A stretch of DNA of 64,000 bases from Candidatus Latescibacterota bacterium (GTDB lineage Bacteria; Latescibacterota; UBA2968; UBA8231), in the NCBI GenBank assembly GCA_965205655.1, contig CBDBIJ010000017.1, positions 477 through 64,476 on the forward strand. Direction: 5' to 3'. The translations under genes and the position numbers were made by a program. Below are positions 59,674-64,000 of this stretch, one piece after another. Under the pieces are notes generated by a model, which saw only the letters and a list, made by a program, of their open reading frames with translations, was not told the origin of the DNA and did not search any database. The first letter of the stretch is position 1, and each line of letters begins with the position of its first letter.

Positions 59674-61101
59674 GGCATGGTCCCGATCTTAGTTGAAACA
59701 GCACAGGCTCCCCATCGTTACCTTCTTACGAGAAATCCTGGAAAGAATCTCGTGTGGGTAACAAGAAAGGAGCCTGCAATGGGCAAGCTATCAGCACGGA
59801 AGAAGCGCGTCAAACGCACGGTTGAAATCGGCACCGTGGATCCAGCGGCAGGAGCTGTGGCAGAGGATCTGGATGCTAGAATCGAGGCGATCCAGCTGCT
59901 GGTCCCTCTCGGACTGGAGGCGGTGGCCGAAGAGCTGCAGAGGGCGGTCATGGAATTGGCCGGGCGCCGGTATCAACGCAAGGAGTCAGATCAGCCGTAC
60001 CGTCGCTGGGGCTCTCAGCGGGGATCGGTATATCTGGGTGATCAGAAGGTACCCGTAGAGGTGCCCCGGGTACGCAACGTCGACAGCGACACGGAGGTCG
60101 CGCTGGACGCCTACCAGGCCCTGCAGACGCCCCGGAAAATGGACGAAGGACTGCTGCGGAAGGTGTTGAAGGGTATCGCCACTCGCAACTACGAGGACTG
60201 CGCCGAGACCGTACCGGAGACGTTCGGTCTGTCACGCTCGTCGGTCTCCCGTCGCTACGTGAAGGGCACGGCTCGCAAGCTGGCCGAATTCCAGGAGCGC
60301 TCCCTGGAAGGCTACGACCTGGTGGCGCTGTTTCTCGACGGCAAGAGCTTCGCGGACGAAGAGCTCATCATCGCTCTGGGCGTCACCCTTGACGGGCACA
60401 AGATCCCGCTGGGTTTCGTGGAGGCCGCCACCGAGAACGAGCGCGTCTGTCGCCGCTTCCTGGCCGACTTGGTCGACAGGGGCCTGCAATACGAGGCCGG
60501 GTTGCTGGTGTTGATCGACGGCGCCAAGGGCCTCTACAAGGCGGTAATGTCGGTGCTGAAGAGGCCATGCCTGTGTGCAGCGCTGCCAGTATCACAAGCG
60601 CAAGAACGTCGTGTCGTACCTGCCGAAAAGTGAACAGGCCCGAGTCCGTCGCAAGATTGAGGCGGCCTACAATAAGCCCACCTACGAAGAGGCGAAGGCG
60701 ACCCTGAAAGCGCTCAAGCCCGGTCTGAAACTGATGAACCAATCTGCTCTGAAGAGCCTCGAGGAAGGCCTGGAAGAAACCCTGACGCTCCATCGCCTGG
60801 GACTGATGCCGATGCTCAAGGATTCCTTCCGCACCACCAACTGCATCGAGAACGTCAACAGCCTCCTGGGCCAGCTCACGCGCAACGTGCGGCACTGGAC
60901 GAACTCCTCGCAGCGTCACCGCTGGGCAGCCACGGCGCTGCTCGACATCGAGGACCGACTGCGCAGAGTCAAGGGCTACCACCACCTGTCAACGCTCCGT
61001 CAAGCTCTTCAAACCAAGCTCGGCATCAAACAGCTCGCGATGACGGGCTGAGAACATCACCCGAGCCTGTGCTCTGTTTCAACTGAAAATGGGACTTGAC
61101 C
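59674..61101 (+). mobile_element. IS256-family copy D, complete (1428 bp) with 8-bp target-site duplication
   Basis: Left IR GGCATGGTCCCGATCTTAGTTGAAACAG aligns without gaps to the reverse complement of the right end, GGTCAAGTCCCATTTTCAGTTGAAACAG. It is flanked by AATTAACC at 59666-59673 and 61102-61109. Confidence 0.9.
59779..61051 (+). pseudogene. IS256-family transposase, frameshifted
   Basis: An extra A at about 60562 (CTGAAGAGGCCATG versus CTGAAGGGCCATG in copy C) splits the gene into ORFs 59653..60633 and 60575..61051. Confidence 0.85.
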
Positions 61102-61244
61102 AATTAACCCACCCCTCCGGAGAGGGTCAACCTGTTCGAAACAGCCGCCGACGGTAAACTTGTCACTGAGGGTGTGGCTCCTATTTTCTTCATGGCCCGC
61201 GTGTGCATCGATTTCACTCCGTAACCCGACTCCGATAGGCGACG

Positions 61245-63161
61245 ATGAAGGTCCTGGTGGTAGAAGACGCAGAGGGAATGCGCAAAATCGTCGCCATAAT
61301 GCTGCGCAATCTCGGATACGACGACGTTCTGACCGCCGAGAACGGAGCCGAAGCCCTCAAGGAGCTCAGCGCCGTCAAGATCGATCTGCTCGTCACCAAC
61401 TGGAACATGCCGGTTATGGACGGCCTCGAGCTCGTTGCGCAGGTGCGCCAGATGCCGCAGTACGCCACCCTGCCGGTACTGCTGTTTACCTCCAAGGCCT
61501 CCAAACAGGACGTCGTCACCGCCCTGAAAGCAGGCGTCGACGGCTACCTCACGAAACCGTTCTCACCGCCTCAGTTGCGCGACCAACTGAACACCCTGCT
61601 GTCTCGTCATGCCGAAAAACGCGTCGGCCGCATCATGAGCCAGCTCGATCCGGTGAATCGCGAGGACGATCACCCCCTCATCATCATCGGCGACGGTGCC
61701 AGCACGGAGGCGCAGTTGATGAGACCCGATAGCAGCGCCGTCGTCGACCTCGTGAGCTCGGCCCTCGATGGAGTCGGCTCTATCAACAGGTCGTCCGACG
61801 CCCTCAACGTGGGCGTCGCTCTCAACGGCAGCTCCAGCGACATCAGCCGTCGCATCCAGGGTCTGCATCAAAGAGTGAAAGCCCTCATCGTTTCCACGCG
61901 GCTTTCGGGAGGGGGCATGACCCTGGCGCGACTTGCCAGCATCAACGGCCGGTCCGACCTGTCCATCTTCCTGGTTTGCGAGAGCGGAACCGAAGTCCCG
62001 GAGAAAGTCGCGAAGGGCCTCGAGCGACTGGGCGTCGTCACCCTCCAGCGGGACAAACTCGACGCCGACGCCCTCGAACTGCTGGCGACCGAGCACGTCG
62101 TCGCCAAAGTCCACGAGGGACCGCCCAGCGATCTCCCCTCGCCCGAAGAAATTCGCCGTCGCCTCGATGTCGACATCCGTCTGACTGTCACACTCCCGGT
62201 GATGCCGCAGGTTTACCAGCAGATCGTCAACCTGTCGCGCGATCGAGACAGCGATATCCAGGAGTGGATCGCCGTCATCGAAGCGGACCCGCTGAGCCGG
62301 GCCCAGGTCATCCGCCGGGCGCACTCACCCGTCTACGGCTTTCAGGGTAAGATCGACGACACCGACAAGGCGGTCATCCTCCTTGGCAAGGATCCGGTCA
62401 AAGAACTGATCGTCTCGGAGGCGGTGATGCGATCGTTCCAGGGAATCCAGGAACAGGAATTCAGCGTCGAGGAGTACTGGTTCCACAGCGTCGCCGTCGC
62501 TTTTGCGGCGCGACTGCTCAGCCTCCCCCTCGAAGAGGGTGCCCGGACACCGGAGCAGCAGAAGCAGTTCGACAGTTTTGAATTATCAGAGGAGGCGCTC
62601 GAGACGCTCCAGAAGCTAAACCTGATCGAGAAAATCAATCTGACACCGGACCAGGATCCGTTTGTCGCCGGCATGATGCACGACATCGGCAAGGTCGCCC
62701 TCGCCCACGGCTATCCCGGACTCTACCCGCAGATTCTCGAGGAGTTGAGAGGCCAGAACTGGCAGAACCCGATGTCCTACGGTGAGGAGACCCTTGCAGG
62801 CGGGGCGAATCACTGCGTGGTCGGACGAATCCTCGCGGGCAGCTGGAAGCTGGGTGATGACATGTCCCGCGTCGTCGAGCACCACCACGACCCGTCGGCC
62901 GGCCACGGCCTGGAGCAGCTCATCGCGCTGTCCGATTTCATCGCCGGCGGTTTCATCCCATTCCCGAACACCGCCGAGTATCCCCTCTACCGAGTCCTCA
63001 ATGGCACCCCTGAAGCCGAGGTGGCTGAGGATCTGCAGAAGTTCCTCTCGCCTAACGTCCTGGACGATCTGGGAGTCGAGCTCGCCGATGTCATCGCGCT
63101 GGCGAAATCCATCAACTCCTCGATTACCAGGCTCGCCGTGGAAATCAAGGAAAGCCTCTGA
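61245..63161 (+). CDS. Response regulator: CheY-like receiver + unassigned middle region + HDOD domain
   Basis: The receiver reads MKVLVVEDAEGMR...DLLVTNWNMPVMDG...TSKA...GVDGYLTKPF. The C-terminal part has the HDOD pattern (LPVMPQVYQQIVNL...DIQEWIAVIEADPLSRAQVIRRA.SP.YG..., MMHDIGKVAL, HH.D). Confidence 0.85.
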   Translation: MKVLVVEDAEGMRKIVAIMLRNLGYDDVLTAENGAEALKELSAVKIDLLVTNWNMPVMDGLELVAQVRQMPQYATLPVLLFTSKASKQDVVTALKAGVDGYLTKPFSPPQLRDQLNTLLSRHAEKRVGRIMSQLDPVNREDDHPLIIIGDGASTEAQLMRPDSSAVVDLVSSALDGVGSINRSSDALNVGVALNGSSSDISRRIQGLHQRVKALIVSTRLSGGGMTLARLASINGRSDLSIFLVCESGTEVPEKVAKGLERLGVVTLQRDKLDADALELLATEHVVAKVHEGPPSDLPSPEEIRRRLDVDIRLTVTLPVMPQVYQQIVNLSRDRDSDIQEWIAVIEADPLSRAQVIRRAHSPVYGFQGKIDDTDKAVILLGKDPVKELIVSEAVMRSFQGIQEQEFSVEEYWFHSVAVAFAARLLSLPLEEGARTPEQQKQFDSFELSEEALETLQKLNLIEKINLTPDQDPFVAGMMHDIGKVALAHGYPGLYPQILEELRGQNWQNPMSYGEETLAGGANHCVVGRILAGSWKLGDDMSRVVEHHHDPSAGHGLEQLIALSDFIAGGFIPFPNTAEYPLYRVLNGTPEAEVAEDLQKFLSPNVLDDLGVELADVIALAKSINSSITRLAVEIKESL

Positions 63162-63179
63162 GCGCGATCGCCGGGACCT

Positions 63180-63500
63180 TCAAGCAAAAACGTCGATTTT
63201 CCCGCCGCGCTCCGGTGGTTCTTCAGATTCTGCCGCCTCTTGCCGACGCCGCTCTTCCCGCGCCTCTTGTTGATCCTCGTTGCGGTCGACGCTGTCGGCG
63301 ACCTCGCCGGAAACTCGGGCGTATGCCGCCCTCTCCGTTCCAACTATTTCGGACGCCGATTCCCGGCTACGCTGCGCCGCCTCTCGCTGACGCCGAATTT
63401 CCCTGGCCTCCTGTTGCCGCTGGTTGCGGTCGACGTCAGAGCCTACGTCTTCGGTCATTCGAGCGGCGGCCGCTCTTTCAGTCCCAGTTATTTCAGACAT
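63180..63500 (-). CDS. Small highly charged protein made of two ~48-aa repeats
   Basis: SEITGTERAAAARMTEDVGSDVDRNQRQQEAREIRRQREAA is repeated as SEIVGTERAAYARVSGEVADSVDRNEDQQEAREERRRQEAA. No family was recognised, and coding status is moderate. Confidence 0.4.
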   Translation of the reverse strand: MSEITGTERAAAARMTEDVGSDVDRNQRQQEAREIRRQREAAQRSRESASEIVGTERAAYARVSGEVADSVDRNEDQQEAREERRRQEAAESEEPPERGGKIDVFA

Positions 63501-63693
63501 TCAAAAATCCGCTCTCCAGAAGACGCCGCCGCAACATCCTACACTTGCACTCTATAACCGTTTGCCCTCCCGAGGTCCAGCTGGTTAATTCTCTCATGAC
63601 CCAAGCTCGGGTCGGCAACAACCGGATTCAGAAGGTCGGGCCGTAGCCAGAACTGGTTACAGGATTTAGTTTTTTGCAAAACCGGGAGCAACC

Positions 63694-64000
63694 ATGTCGA
63701 AAGATCGCGTCAAAGTACTCGTCACCATCCTGAAGAAAATCCCCCTCTTCGAAGGGCTGTCGCCGTCGCAGATCCAGTCCGTCCTGTCGGCCTGCCAGCC
63801 GAGGCGCTACGAAATGGGCGAGACACTGTGCGCCAGCGGCACTAAAGCGGACGAGATGTTCGTGCTGTTGTCGGGGGCCCTTGGGGTGCTCACCCAGGAC
63901 GGCACATTGGTGGCGACGCTGTCGCCGGTGACGACGGTCGGCGAGATGGGCATCGTCATGCGACAGGAGCGCAAGGCGACGGTGGAGACCCTCGACGCCT
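63694..64000 (+). CDS. Cyclic-nucleotide-binding domain protein (partial, runs off the window)
   Basis: The ATG is at 63694. LKKIPLFEGLSPSQIQSVLSACQPRRYEMGETLCASGTKADEMFVLLSGAL...GEMG is the canonical cNMP-binding beta-roll start. No stop is reached before 64000. Confidence 0.7.
   Translation, partial: MSKDRVKVLVTILKKIPLFEGLSPSQIQSVLSACQPRRYEMGETLCASGTKADEMFVLLSGALGVLTQDGTLVATLSPVTTVGEMGIVMRQERKATVETLDA

Overview
This is a high-G+C bacterial chromosomal window; my rough counts give about 65-70% G+C in sampled housekeeping lines. All calls come from reading the ORF translations and the DNA by eye; no searches were run.

Layout:
- 0-12.6 kb: accessory and catabolic genes. These are RidA, a class-III aminotransferase, two MFS transporters, two PhyH-type dioxygenases, a Gfo/Idh/MocA oxidoreductase, an ArsR-SRPBCC-DUF899 group and a Kelch propeller.
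- 12.6-20.3 kb: a 7.7-kb IS mosaic. An IS3 fragment is fused in frame to an IS256-family fragment, followed by an IS1595-family transposase and two head-to-head IS256-family copies. The mosaic carries a visibly lower-G+C EcoRI-family restriction-modification pair and an 18-codon sulfatase stub.
- 20.4-29.3 kb: two paralogous Asp-box beta-propeller (glycoside-hydrolase-like) genes, a small tail-anchored coiled-coil protein, prpC-prpB, and a purA gene split by an IS66-family element with a perfect 8-bp target duplication.
- 29.3-43.5 kb: a clean housekeeping block. It holds serA, engB, clpX, clpP, tig, tRNA-Leu(UAG), glyQS, recO, ftsB, proB, hisF, hisH and proC, then a 750-bp spacer, a lysine-rich H1-like/SWIB gene and carA.
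- 43.5-52 kb: nearly every gene has a frame disruption. Affected are a double-length uxaA-like gene, aroC, two secreted EF-hand/charged-repeat paralogs, a TolC-like gene and one RND pump.
- 50.4-59.6 kb: an MFP-RND-RND-OMP efflux operon, with a fourth IS256 copy (8-bp TSD) 57 bp upstream of it.
- 61.2-64 kb: a receiver-HDOD regulator, a small internally repeated protein and a partial cNMP-binding gene.

I saw no rRNA, CRISPR array or prophage. I did not find a clear multi-gene system of unknown function. The best candidates for something new are:
- the secreted EF-hand / RGD-rich repeat paralog pair with CRP-type boxes upstream;
- the IS-embedded EcoRI-like R-M module;
- the pattern of IS expansion combined with clustered frame disruptions.
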